A stretch of 64,000 nt of DNA from Octopus vulgaris. Lineage: Eukaryota. Both the position numbers and the translations under genes were made by a program. Below, one piece after another: positions 12,936-24,630 of the stretch. The notes beneath the pieces are model-generated. The model saw only the letters and a list, made by a program, of their open reading frames with translations, did no database searches and was not told where the DNA came from. Every line of letters starts with the position of its first letter. Positions within the stretch are counted from its first letter, which is position 1. The stretch lies in contig OX597826.1 of assembly GCA_951406725.2 (NCBI GenBank), positions 17,608,001-17,672,000 of the forward strand. Reading direction: 5' to 3'.

Positions 12936-14711
12936 CACCGTAAAAACCCATGTAATTTATGCACTTTTTTTTGCGAAAATAAAAATAAACTTTAGGGGTG
13001 CATAAATTACATGAGCAGATCATTTCCAGAATTTTTTTGTTGCAAAAAGATATACAAAATGTAAACATTCGTACTGGAAATTGACTCATTTAATGTCAGA
13101 AAAGGTTTGTACAGAAAAAATAATGGCTTAAATATGAAGTTAACTTTTATTTATGCTGCACAGTATAATGCTTACTTTTTTGTATAAATTTACTAAAACC
13201 ATTAAATGGTTGACTACATTTTGAAGTCTGATGTTCATGCTGGTAAACACAATCCAGACTGTATTTTATATTGCTTGGAGTTTCTACCTATCGCAATGGA
13301 GCACCATTGACATACATAATGATATGGATATTCTTGACTGAAAAAAATGTAATGATATGGATATTGTTGATTGTATGTTTTTATTTCTGTCTGTTTATTA
13401 CGAGATACAGTTTTAAGTATGCTGTACTGTTTATGCCAATTTCAAACATTGGCTCTATTACCACATTCAAATGCATATTCAACATATTTAATTTCTCCTT
13501 CGCAGTAAACAATCCATAAGTTCTGCCCATACTGGCAATAATGGAAATGACAAATTTTTAAGTTTGCTTGACATTATATAAGTGTGAAAGGGATTAAAAT
13601 TTCAATATTCCATATCAAAGGTTCCAACAAGAATAGATAGAAAAGAAATTCTGTTTATATAATCAGCTTGATCGGTCAGCATCCGCTGTCGGTTGAGTAA
13701 AGTGTCATCCAAGCTGATGTTTATTGGTAATTTAACTTAATTTGCAACACCTGTGCGTATTTATCAGCTTTGTTTTTGTTGGTAATCCTTATCAACTTTT
13801 CCTGTGATCATGATTTGAGAAGACATACAGTAGTATGCTAAAGATCGAACTTAATCTCTCGTGGACAAGGAATGTAAAATAAAGTTTATAATGTATGTGT
13901 GTATATGTTTGTGTGTCTGTGTTTGTCCCCCCAACATCGCTTGACAATCGATGCTGGTGTGTTTACGTCCCCGTCACTTAGCAGTTCAGCAAAAAGAGAC
14001 CGATAGAATAAGTACGGGGCTTACAAAAAAATAAGTCCTGGGGTCGAGTTGCTCGACTAAAGGCGGTGCTCCAGCATGGCCGCAGTCAAATGACTGAAAC
14101 AAGTAAATGAGAGGAAAGAGTAATAAACAACGCAAACACTTTGTAATGTAATAGTTTTCAATGTGATACCTGTTAAACAGAAATTATTTTGTAAAGTATA
14201 GAAGCCATCTTATCATGGCTAACCACATTGGGGAGGGGGTGTTACTGTAGCTTTATAGCCCCAAGAGATCTGTGTCCTTGGAGTATTTGCAAAGGGAGGC
14301 CATCCCTTCCTCGCAAGCCTGAGTGATACGCTCGAACTAGTTTCGGGATTGTTGTCCCTCGTCAACGGGCGGTAACCACCAGGTAGCGATGAAAGAGAAG
14401 GCTCCTTTGTTAGACCTCAAGACCTGTTGACCTAAGAACTCTTTAAAATATGAAGGGGAAAGGCCTCGTACACATACACACACACACACAGAAATTATTT
14501 TATTTAATGAAAATTTAATAAAATCTAATAAGTAAGTGAAATTATGCTAAATACAACCAAACTGAAAACCTTTTCCCCTGGCTATATTGGCAATTCTGAA
14601 AACTTATGGGTGTGAATTTTACATGAGTAGAAGCTTTTGTTAACAAATTTTATCCTGAATATCATCTATGTAAATTACACAGGTGTGCTATGTACATGGG
14701 TTTTTATGGTA
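12936..14711. mobile_element. Non-autonomous pogo/Tigger-like DNA element with nested insertions
   Basis: Termini CACCGTAAAAACCCATGTA / TACATGGGTTTTTATGGTA. Contains a SINE 3' half and the family-2 hammerhead repeat. Confidence 0.55.
14329..14371 (-). ncRNA. Degenerate minimal type-I hammerhead-like motif (family 2)
   Basis: Minus strand CGCCCG-TTGACGA-GGGA(CAACAA)TCCC-GAAA-CTAG-TT-CGAGCG. Palindromic AACTAGTT replaces stem III; stem I pairs 5 of 6. Confidence 0.6.
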
Positions 14712-16124
14712 TGCATAAAGAGAAAGAGAGAAAGAAATACGTATATTCGCATGTACATGCATAGAGTACATGTACAGTTGCATCTAATGACATAATGCAA
14801 AAGGTATATACAATAAGTACTTGGGTTGGTTTACCACAAAAACTCCGACTTGAACTATGACTGAAACAAAAGCAGTGTTGTAGCTACCAAGCAATGAATA
14901 GCAATAAGTGGTTCATCAGTGAGTGAATATATACTAGAAAGAAAGAAAGAACAGGCCAAGTATGTGATTCCCTACAGCATGTAGTTTATAATTTGAATAT
15001 AATTGCAGAATTATTAGAGCAAATAAGAAATTAAGAAGTTGTACATAAAGGCAGTTAGTTATTACTTCTATCATCAAAGTGAGAATGAGATAGATTATAA
15101 GTGGAATCATTGAGCAAAGATTTCCATATAGAAGCCAAGTATTCCATCTTTAGAGAGGAAGAGACTAATTGGTAGAGTGAAGACATATGTAACTTAAGAG
15201 TTAGAAGGCACACACACACACATTACATAGTTATTACTTCTATCATCAGAAGTGAGAATGAGATAGATTAAATAAGTGGAAGGTCTGTGAGGAAAACAGG
15301 ATATGTATAATGGCAAGAACTCAATTGTAGTGGCTACGTCCAGTGTGGATTAGAAATATCAAAGAGCCAAAGTAGGTGGAGTAGTGTTTGAGGGTTGTAA
15401 ACAAAGCAGAAAAAGTTTTCAGACCAAAGTGGTTTGTATAGTGATTCCAACAAGGTGTATGGTAGGGAAGGAATTATACTAAGGCATTTAGAATTGAGGC
15501 TATAAAGTAGAGGAGTAAAGAGATCAGGGCTTAACTTCAACAGGATACAATGGTGTCAGTTATAAAAATAGTATTGATTACGTACCTACCTAATCAATAG
15601 TATTTTCATAACTGGGAGTGGATATCACTAGATTTTGAATAAAGTGAAGTGTGGTGGATAACATAAAATAAAGTAGATAAACAGATTAAGTAAATAAATT
15701 AGATAATGTAAACATATTCAACTAGTTCTTTTATCTTTTACTTATTTCAGTCATTAGACTATGGCCATACTGGGATTGATCATGAAGAATTTTTAGTCAA
15801 ATGTATTGACCCGAATACTTATTTTTTTAAAGCTTGCTACTCATTCTATTGGTCTTTTTGCCAAATTGCTAAGTATGGGGACTTAAACACACCAGTACTG
15901 GTTATCAAGTGATGGTGGTAATGGTGATGGGGGCAAGGACAAACACAGACACAAAGACACATGCACAAACACACACACACACACATATATTTTTTACTGG
16001 GGAAGGCCAGTCTATGGGGTTACCCTGGGTTTCTCATCCATAAAGGGTTAAATTTTTTGGCATATTGTTAGACCTCAAGATCTGTTGACCTGAGATCTCT
16101 TTAAAATATGGAGGGGAAAGGCCT

Positions 16125-16157
<33 letters not shown>

Positions 16158-16161
<4 letters not shown>

Positions 16162-16372
16162 AGAATTCACAAAAAAACAAAAGATGAAGACAGGTGGTGT
16201 AGACAACAAACAGATGTATTAGTTTAATGCTTGGGGAGTGAAAAAGTCTTTAACGTTTCGAGCCTACGCTCTTCCACAGAAAGGAATGCAGAAAGAAACA
16301 GGGAGAGAAAATAAAGAATGTGTAGTGGCTAGCGATCCATCATGGTGAATGCTGGACAGAGGGGTCACATAG
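16158..16372 (-). mobile_element. Short dispersed repeat carrying the family-3 hammerhead (Penelope pseudo-LTR-like)
   Basis: Homologous copies at about 16834-17037 (+), 28220-28399 (+) and 36575-36720 (-), usually abutting (TA)n. Confidence 0.55.
16248..16283 (-). ncRNA. Minimal hammerhead-like motif (family 3)
   Basis: CTTT-CTGTGGA-A-GAGC(GTAG)GCTC-GAAACGTT-AAAG, with palindromic AACGTT. Confidence 0.55.
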
Positions 16373-16520
16373 GAGAACTAGGAAGAAGGGGAGATAATAA
16401 AATAATGGAGATCCCAAAACAAAGATGTGCATGCATGTATATAAGAGAGCATGTATGAGCATGTGGAAGAGGGCTGGTGACTGAAAGAAATCCATCATGT
16501 ATATGTATGAATACATATAC

Positions 16521-16569
<49 letters not shown>

Positions 16570-16920
16570 TAAATATGTATACATACATATACATGATGGG
16601 TTTCTTTCAGTTTCCATCAACCAAATCCACTCACAGGCTTTGGTTGGCCCAGGGCTATAATAGAAGACACTTACCCAAAGTTTCATGCAATGGCACTGAA
16701 TCTCAAACCATGTGGTTGGGAAGCAAGCTAAATAGGTAATATAGGAATTATATTACCTATTTTACCTATTATATTAGGGTGTAAATATAAGTGGTTATTT
16801 AGGAATTAAGTGTTGTATGTATATATTGTATGTATATGACCCCCTCACCATGCATTCACCATGCTAGATCGCTAGCCAGTAAAACTTTTCTATTTTCTCT
16901 CCCTGTTTATTTCTGTGTTC

Positions 16921-16956
16921 CTTTCTGTCAAAGAGCATTGGCTCAAAATGTAAAAG
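16921..16956 (+). ncRNA. Decayed family-3 hammerhead-like motif
   Basis: CTTT-CTGTCAA-A-GAGC(ATTG)GCTC-AAAATGTA-AAAG, homologous to 16248-16283. Confidence 0.4.
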
Positions 16957-17052
16957 ACTTTCTCACTTTCCGAGCCTGAAACTAATACATCTGTTTGTTG
17001 TTTACACACCGGTCATCATTTTTTGTTAATTCACACTATGTATATATATATA

Positions 17053-17210
17053 TTTTGTTGGATGGCCATTGCCTGTTTCAGGAGTTCATCTGCTTTTGAC
17101 GGGTCTTATTTTTCATACTGCAGGGTGTCTAACAACACCCTGCAGGATGAAAAATAAAACCCGTCAAAGGGCGGATGAATTCCTGAACAGTCAATGGCCA
17201 TCCAAAAAAA
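17053..17210. repeat. Long near-perfect palindrome (about 75-bp arms, 6-nt loop)
   Basis: TTGGATGGCCATTG...CTGCAGGGTGT-ctaaca-ACACCCTGCAG...CAATGGCCATCCAA. Confidence 0.9.
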
Positions 17211-17226
17211 TGTCTGTAAATATGTA

Positions 17227-17261
<35 letters not shown>

Positions 17262-17272
17262 TAACATATACA

Positions 17273-18519
17273 CAGGGGTTGGACAGAATAATGAAAACAC
17301 CTTAAAATTTTAAGCAAATTTATTGTAATATGTGGTGGGACTGCCTTTCACAGTAATTACAGCCTGAATTCTGACATATGGACTCGTACAAAGTTTGAAT
17401 TGTTTCCAAAGGAATTTTTGTGCATTCTTCAGCTAAAACAGTTTCCAGTTCTTGTAGTGATGGTGGAGGATATCAACTCCTTACTTGTTCTTCTAAAATG
17501 CACCATAAATGTTCAATAATATTGAGATCTGGTGGCCATTTAAGATGTTCAACTTCACTAGAATGTTCCTTGTGCCATTCAGTAACAACTTTAGCTGTGT
17601 GAATTGCTGAATTATCATCCTGAAAGATTGCGTTTCTCTCCGGAATTAGTTCCACAACCATAGGATGAATTTGATCAGATAAAATGCTTAAATAGTCTTG
17701 ACTATTAATCCTGCCATGAAGGGAAACCATTGGGCCGGCGAATTTCCAAGATATACCCCCCCCCATCATCACAAACACTCCTCCATGTTTAACAGTTGGA
17801 AGAAGGCAGTCTGGATCATATGCTTCTTTTGCCTGTCTCCACACGTATACTTGGCTGGTGGTTGGAAATGAAGTAAAGGATGACTCGTCTGAGAACATAA
17901 CATTTTTCTACTGCTCTAGGGACCAATTCTGTAGGTTTTTACTCCACTCTAAATGCTTTGCAATGTTTGTTTTTGAAAGTAGTGGTTTTCTGATTGCAAC
18001 CCTCCCATGAAATGTGGCTTTGTGCAGCTCCCGGTGAACAGTTTTTGTGGAAACTGGGTTCTCGAGGTGGTCATTAAGCTCAGCAGTAATTTTAGGAGCT
18101 GTACTTTTGTGATCTTTTCTAACAAGAGTAAGAGTCTGACGGTCCCTATCTGAAAGTTTTAGTCTTCTTCTGGAGTTTCGTTTCGACAAGGAGGATTTTT
18201 TCCCTCTTTCTCAAAGGCTGCCAATACTTTTGAGACAATACTTCTTGATACACCAAACATTGCAGCTGTTTTTGTTACACTAGCATCTGCCATACGAGTA
18301 CCAACAATTTGACCTTTTTGAAAGTTTGATAGATCTGTCATTTTAATGAATTTTAATTTTCTGATATCTGAAAAGAAACAGCAATTTTAGCAAAACATTC
18401 AGTAACACTAATAATAAACCAAAACACATAAAAATAAACTAGCTATTGACGATTTTATAGATATTTCAAAATTATGATGCTATGATGCTAGGTGTTTCCA
18501 TTATTTTGTCCAACTCCTG
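17273..18519 (-). mobile_element. Tc1-like transposon, full length, frameshifted transposase
   Basis: TIRs CAGGGGTTGGACAGAATAATGAAAACACCT / AGGTGTTTCCATTATTTTGTCCAACTCCTG. Motifs DLSNFQKGQIVG, FSDESSF, PTVKHGG, FQDDNSAIH, PDLNIIEHLW, spread over ORFs 18159-18341, 17908-18189 and 17473-17898. Confidence 0.95.
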
Positions 18520-19753
18520 TATATGTATAGTTTTACTTTTATATTTATTGCATATCTTTTACTTCTTTATATTCATATATAATTCTTATTTACGTTTGCA
18601 AATCACATATCGTACCTTTCTTTTTCTTTTTTCTTTTAATGAATGAGCTACTCCGTGTCGGTCACCAGAGTGACATTTGATTACTTTATAGAATGTTTGA
18701 GTGAGTGTTGATTTGGTGGCTGGAATGGGACAGCTTACCTCATGGGCAGGTAGAAGCTCTTTAGGTAATCTACATAGGAGAAGGAAATCTATAAAATAAA
18801 ACCTGAGGCCTTGGAAGTTCCTGGTTTCGTCAATTTCCATGTCACACCGGCAAAAGTATTCTTGGGTCAAAGGTGAGGGTAGTGCAGTACAAGCTACACC
18901 CTCTGAAAATTATGAATCTGTACAGGTTCTTCTTCTACATCAAATCTTAGTAAAATCATTGAATTGGTTGGTTGGCAGAAACCTAAAAATGCACTTGTAA
19001 CTTACTCTAAAATGTCTCAGACAGATTCAGTAAATGGCAAAAAAGGCTTGGGAACGTCAGGGGAACAGGTTTGGCTCGGCAGGTGTCCCAGTGTATCACA
19101 GGCCGCACCCGGTCATCATCCTGCCTCTGTAATCAAACAATCTTTAAGAAGTTTCTCTTTGTTATTTACATCCATTTTCTTCTCGTATATAAACTAAACT
19201 ATGGTTTACCCTTATCGAAAGATTGGGGCCTTATGCAGCCTCCTGGCTTTACAGACCCCAGTTGAACTGTCCAACCCATGCCAGCATGGTAAACGGACGT
19301 AACATGATGATATATAGACACACACAACATACACATATACACACACACACATAATCAACATAAAAATACATACACACATATACACACACATAATCAACAT
19401 TAAAATATATACACACATATACATATATATATTTGTGTGCATGGAAACACACATACATATAACTAACAAACATGTATGCACATAAACAAAAAACACATAC
19501 ATAAATATAGCGAAACAACCGCATATATAGAAATGCACAAATATACATGTGTATATATAAAAGCATGTACCCATAAAAAAACATCCATCGCAATATACAA
19601 ATATATATATACATGCACATGCACACATTTAAACATATCATCATCATCATTTAGCGTCCGTTTTCCATGCTAGCATGGGTTGGACGGTTCTATATATATA
19701 TATATATGCATACATATACATACACATTCACATACACAAATACATATATATAT

Positions 19754-19792
<39 letters not shown>

Positions 19793-19802
19793 TACAATAA
19801 CA

Positions 19803-21397
19803 CATCATCATCATCATTTAGCGTCCGTTCTCCATGCTAGCATGGGTTGGATGGTTCAACTGGGGTCTGTGAAGCTGGAAGGCTTCATCAGGCCCAGTCA
19901 GATCTGGCAGTGTTTCTACGGCTGGATGCCCTTCCTAACGCCAACCACTCCGTGAGTGTAGTGGGTGTTTTTACGTGCCACCTGCACAGGTGCCAGACAG
20001 AGCTGGCAAACGGCCACGAACGGATGGTGCTTTTACGTGTCACCGGCACGGGGCCAGGCGAGGCTGGCAACGGACACGAACGGATGGTGCTTTTACGTGC
20101 CACCAACACGGGGGCCAGACAGAGCTGGCAATCGGCCACGAAACGGATGGTGCTTTTACATGTCACCGGCACGGGGGCCCTGATGTTGATCGACCTCAAT
20201 TTGGTTTGATCTTGATTTTGACTGTTCTCACTGGTCTTGCCGGGTTTTCTCACGCACAGTATACCTCCAAAAGTCTCGGTCACTGGTCATTTCCTTGGTG
20301 AGACCTAAAGTTCGAAGGTCGTGCTTCACCGCCTCGACCCAGGTTTTCCTGGGTCTACCTCTTCCACAGGTCCCCTCAACTGCCAGGGTGTGGCACTTTC
20401 GCACACAACTATCTTCAGCCATTCTCATCACATGACCATACCAGCGCATACGTCTCTCTTGCACACAACAACTGATGCTTCTTAGGTTCAACTTTTCTCT
20501 CAAGGTACTTACACTCTGTCGATTATGAACACTGACGTTACACATCCATTGGAGCATACTAGCTTCATTTCTTGCAAGCTTATGCAAATCCTCAGCAGTC
20601 ACAGCCCAAGTTTCACTACCATGTAGCATGGCTGTACGTACACATGCATCATACAGTCTGCCTTTTACTTTGAGCGAGAGGCCTTTTGTCACCAGCAGGG
20701 GTAAGAGCTCTCTAAACTTTGCCCAGGCTATTCTTACTCTAGCAGTTATACTTTCAGCGCACCCGCCCCCGCTACTGACTTGGTCACCTAGGTAACGGAA
20801 ACTATCAACTACTTCTAGCTTTTCTCCCTGGAAAGTGACGGAAGTTGGTCTCAGAGCATTTTCAGTGTTAATTGTTCCTGAGCATCTGCCACATACAAAA
20901 ACCATCTTCCTAGTTAGCCTTCCTTTGACATTGCTACACCTCTTATGTGTCCATAGCTTACACTTGGTGCATCTTATAGAGTTTCTACCTACACCTTTTC
21001 TACAGATCGAGCAGGGCCATCTACCTGAAGGCGTTTGTGATTGGTCTACCTTCCTACTTATTAGGACTTTGGTTTTGGCTAGGTTGATTCTAAGGCCCTT
21101 CGATTCTAAACCTTGTTTCCATACCTGAAACTTCTCCTCTAGTTCTGATAGAGACTCAGCAATGAGAGCAAGGTCATCAGCATAGAGGAGCTCCCAGGGG
21201 CATCCTGTCTTGAATTCCTCCGTTATTGCCTGGAGGACTATGATAAATAGGAGGGGACTGAGGACTGAACCTTGGTGGACCCCAACCTCTACCCTGAATT
21301 CTTCACTGTACTCGGTGCCAACCCTCACCTTACTAGCAGCGTCTCTGTACATGGCTTGTACAGCTTTCACTAACCATTCATCTATCCCTAGTTTCCT
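19803..21397 (-). mobile_element. 5'-truncated young RTE-clade LINE; open reverse-transcriptase C-terminal ORF (20228-21370) with an embedded PHD-type finger
   Basis: GVHQGSVLSPLLF, LLYADDLAL, FRYLG, LHGSETW, RWYGHV, GRGRPRKTW. The 3' UTR has 60-65 bp subrepeats and a (TGA)n tail. Confidence 0.95.
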
Positions 21398-21866
21398 CTC
21401 TATATATATATATGCAGTATATGTGCAACTAGGGGGTATTGTCCCAATTGTTTTTCCTTCTTGATTTTTATTAATAACTTTTTTGATGTTTTTTCCTTAA
21501 ATTCTTCATACTGACACAAATGACACATAACCTAAATTATGATAGCTGTGTGAAAAAGTGCCACGCCCTAGCGGTTGAGGGAACCTGTGGAAGAGGTAGA
21601 CCCGGGAAGGCCTGGGATGAAGTGGTGAAGCATGACCTTCGAACATTAGGCCTCACTAAGGAAATTTTGCTGAGATTTTTTTCTTGAGAACACATTTTTC
21701 GTGGTAATGGCGATTTGACATCTATGTTTAGCATATAGGGTGTTCACTCCTCTTAATTTTATGTATGTGTATATATATATATATAAGGATAAGATCGTTA
21801 TTTAAAATAACAATCATATCAGGTGGCTAGCATGGGAATAAAAACTTCATAGGTAATAATTATTAT

Positions 21867-22078
21867 TAAAATTATAATCAAGGGTATCTAAGAGATACCA
21901 CCATGCTAGATATAGCAGCCAAAACTTGATTCTAAAACCACATTAAATGTTCATACAGCACCAGGAGAGAAGACAAAGAGATAAAATAAACTAGCAAAAA
22001 AGTAATAATTTTTTTGCTAGTTTTGCCTGCTATATCTAGCATGGTGGTATCTCTTAGATACCCTTGATTATAATTTTA
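21867..22078. repeat. Perfect 52-bp inverted repeat with a nested 14-bp hairpin
   Basis: Arms at 21867-21918 and 22027-22078. Inner AAACTAGCAAAAAA / TTTTTTGCTAGTTT at 21988-22023. Confidence 0.92.
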
Positions 22079-22098
22079 TATATATATGCATACACACA

Positions 22099-23307
22099 CA
22101 GTGTGCGGTGAATATATTGTCGTCTAAATTACACAAAAATAACTCTGACATCTCATTTTAATAGATATATTTACAAAAATTACATGAAAATATCTTGAAA
22201 TACTAGAGTAAATTTATTCAATAAAATCATTACTGGCTTCAACCACAGCCTCCAGATGACTGGAATCTTTTTTGGATGCTCTCCTTGTATAAGATGGAGA
22301 ATGCTGCCATAATCCTTGCCTTCAGTTCATCTTTGGTGTTACAAATTTTGTTGGTCTCACACTCAACTGATTCCACACATAATAATCAAGGGGGTTGCAG
22401 TCTAGGGAGTTAGGTGGTCAGATGTTATGGGTGATGTGGTCACAGAAATTGTCTGACAGCCATGACTAGGGTCTCCTGGTTGTGTGGCATGTTACAGAGT
22501 CCTGTTGCCAGACATAAGGGTCTTCCAGCAGCCACTCTCTTGACCCAAGGCAACACTACTTCCTCTAGGCCTCCAAGTTGAGTTTGAGCTGTCGGAAGAT
22601 GAATGGTGGCATAACATTGTCATCACATGATATTGACTGGATGTTTCACTTTTATCACTCTCAATACTCGTTTTGGGGACATGGCAAACCAACAGTTGTT
22701 CTTTGTGCTCACCATCTGATTCTGGCAGAAATTTTTCTCGACTGAGAAAAACCAAAGCATGTTTGGTTGGAAGGGATGCTTGAGTTTGTTCAAAAACTTC
22801 ATAGCATGGTTTTTCTTCTTGTTCTTGATGGCTTGGGATAAAAATTGGTCCTTTCTCATCTTGTACGAGGAATACCGAATGTCTTCATGCCCTACTTACC
22901 TGATAAGAAACCCAGTCGCTCCCATGTCTTTGACAATGGACTTAGAGGGAACATTGTCAATCATGGCCTGGATCTCACCAACAAATTCCAGAATTCATTT
23001 CTTATCAGAACGATCAGTGTTGTAATCACCATTAGACTAATCCAACTCTTTCCAAATCCTCTGCATTGTTCTCAGATTGACAATCAAACACTGAAATGTT
23101 TGTACTGGAGCTTCCAGCATGAATACCAAGCAGTACAGCATGTCGTTTCCAAATCTCTGGCAGAGTGAATTGCGTCATGGTGCTGTTTTTCCCACAGACA
23201 GTGCCCAACTGATCCTACTATACTGTGTAGTTGATAAAATAAAAATCAAACAATGCACATGCACTAAATTAAAGATATAAGATGGCAACAATTTACCCGT
23301 TGCATAT
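22099..23307 (-). mobile_element. Decayed Tc1/mariner-superfamily transposon
   Basis: Fragments KLKHP..MLWFFSVEKNFCQ, KHPVNIM and WPPNSLDCNPLDY-like (about 22380-22420). TIRs are weak. Confidence 0.75.
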
Positions 23308-24040
23308 ATTACACACACATCATATATAGTATGTATTACTTTTGTCATAACAACTATTGATTTTAGTAAGATACACCTATATCATTTGTGAGTAAACACA
23401 TATCTAACAAACAGGGTGTGTCTGTGAATAGTTTTTATTGATGTCTTAGAGTAACAAGTGTAATATACCAACTGTTATCAGAGTAGATTTACTCATTGAG
23501 CAAACTGGGTAGATCGAAATCTTTATTGTGCCAAGCATTATAATAACATATTATAATATAACATCAATAGTTTATCATTCCAAATATATTTAATCTGGGT
23601 AAATTTCGACAACAAAGCAGTAAACATCTATCATCTAAATCATAGCTCAATGTTGTGCTTTTTATTTAATCTCCAGCATTTTAAAGGAAAGTTTGAATCA
23701 CATATAAATAAAACCATTCTTTCAACAATGTCACTTATATTACATGTGAATTCTACTTCGATATGATACCTGTTTGGATTTTCAATTAGACAGAGCAAAC
23801 TAGAGTGAATTATTTTCAATTATTTGGGCTTTTACATGCTGTTTGCAGAACAGGCTAATGTAAATATAGGCATAAATGGAAAAGAAAAAATAAATGAGGC
23901 AGAAAAACAAAGCAATTGTTCAATTACTTGAAATCATTGTGAGAAGTAGTTATATTAAAAAATGATATTCTGGGAAACATATTCTTCTTCTTCAGAATTC
24001 CAGTCTATCTATATTCCATGGTTAAATTTTTCAGATCCAA

Positions 24041-24282
24041 TCTTTATATATAAAAGTGAAGTTGTGTGTCTGTCTCCTACGATTTAGATTCCTAACTACT
24101 CCCACATTTTGCGGTGCAGTATTAGTGTGCGTCTACGATGAGTCTACGATTAAAAAAAAAATTTACCATCATTTTTTTCCATTTTAATGCATTTTTTTGC
24201 TATTTTTTGGCTATAACTCTCTAAAAATGCTTATATAGTTATTTCCCTTACAAACCCGAGCAACGCCGGGCGATACTGCTAG
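24041..24282 (+). mobile_element. Non-autonomous Helitron
   Basis: Starts TC after A and ends CTAG before T. Subterminal hairpin CCCG-AGCAACGC-CGGG (24255-24270). A similar 3' end occurs at about 32480-32510. Confidence 0.8.
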
Positions 24283-24630
24283 TTTCATATAATTTTTTTC
24301 CATAAGAAATGAAGCCAGTATGCTCCGATGGATGTGTAATGTCAGTGTTCATAATCGTCAGAGTGTAAGTACTTTGAGAGAAAAGTTGAACCTAAGAAGT
24401 GTCAGTTGTGGTGTGCAAGAGAGACGGCTGCGCTGGTATGGTCATGTGACGAGAATGGCTGAAGATAGTTGTGTGCAAAAGTGCTACACCCTAGCAGTTG
24501 AGGGAACCTGTGGAAGAGGTAGACCCAGGAAAACCTGGGACGAGGTGGTGAAGCACGACCTTCGAACTTTAGGTCTCACCAAGGAAATGACTGAAGACCG
24601 AGTCCTATGGAAGTGTGCTGTGCATGAGAG

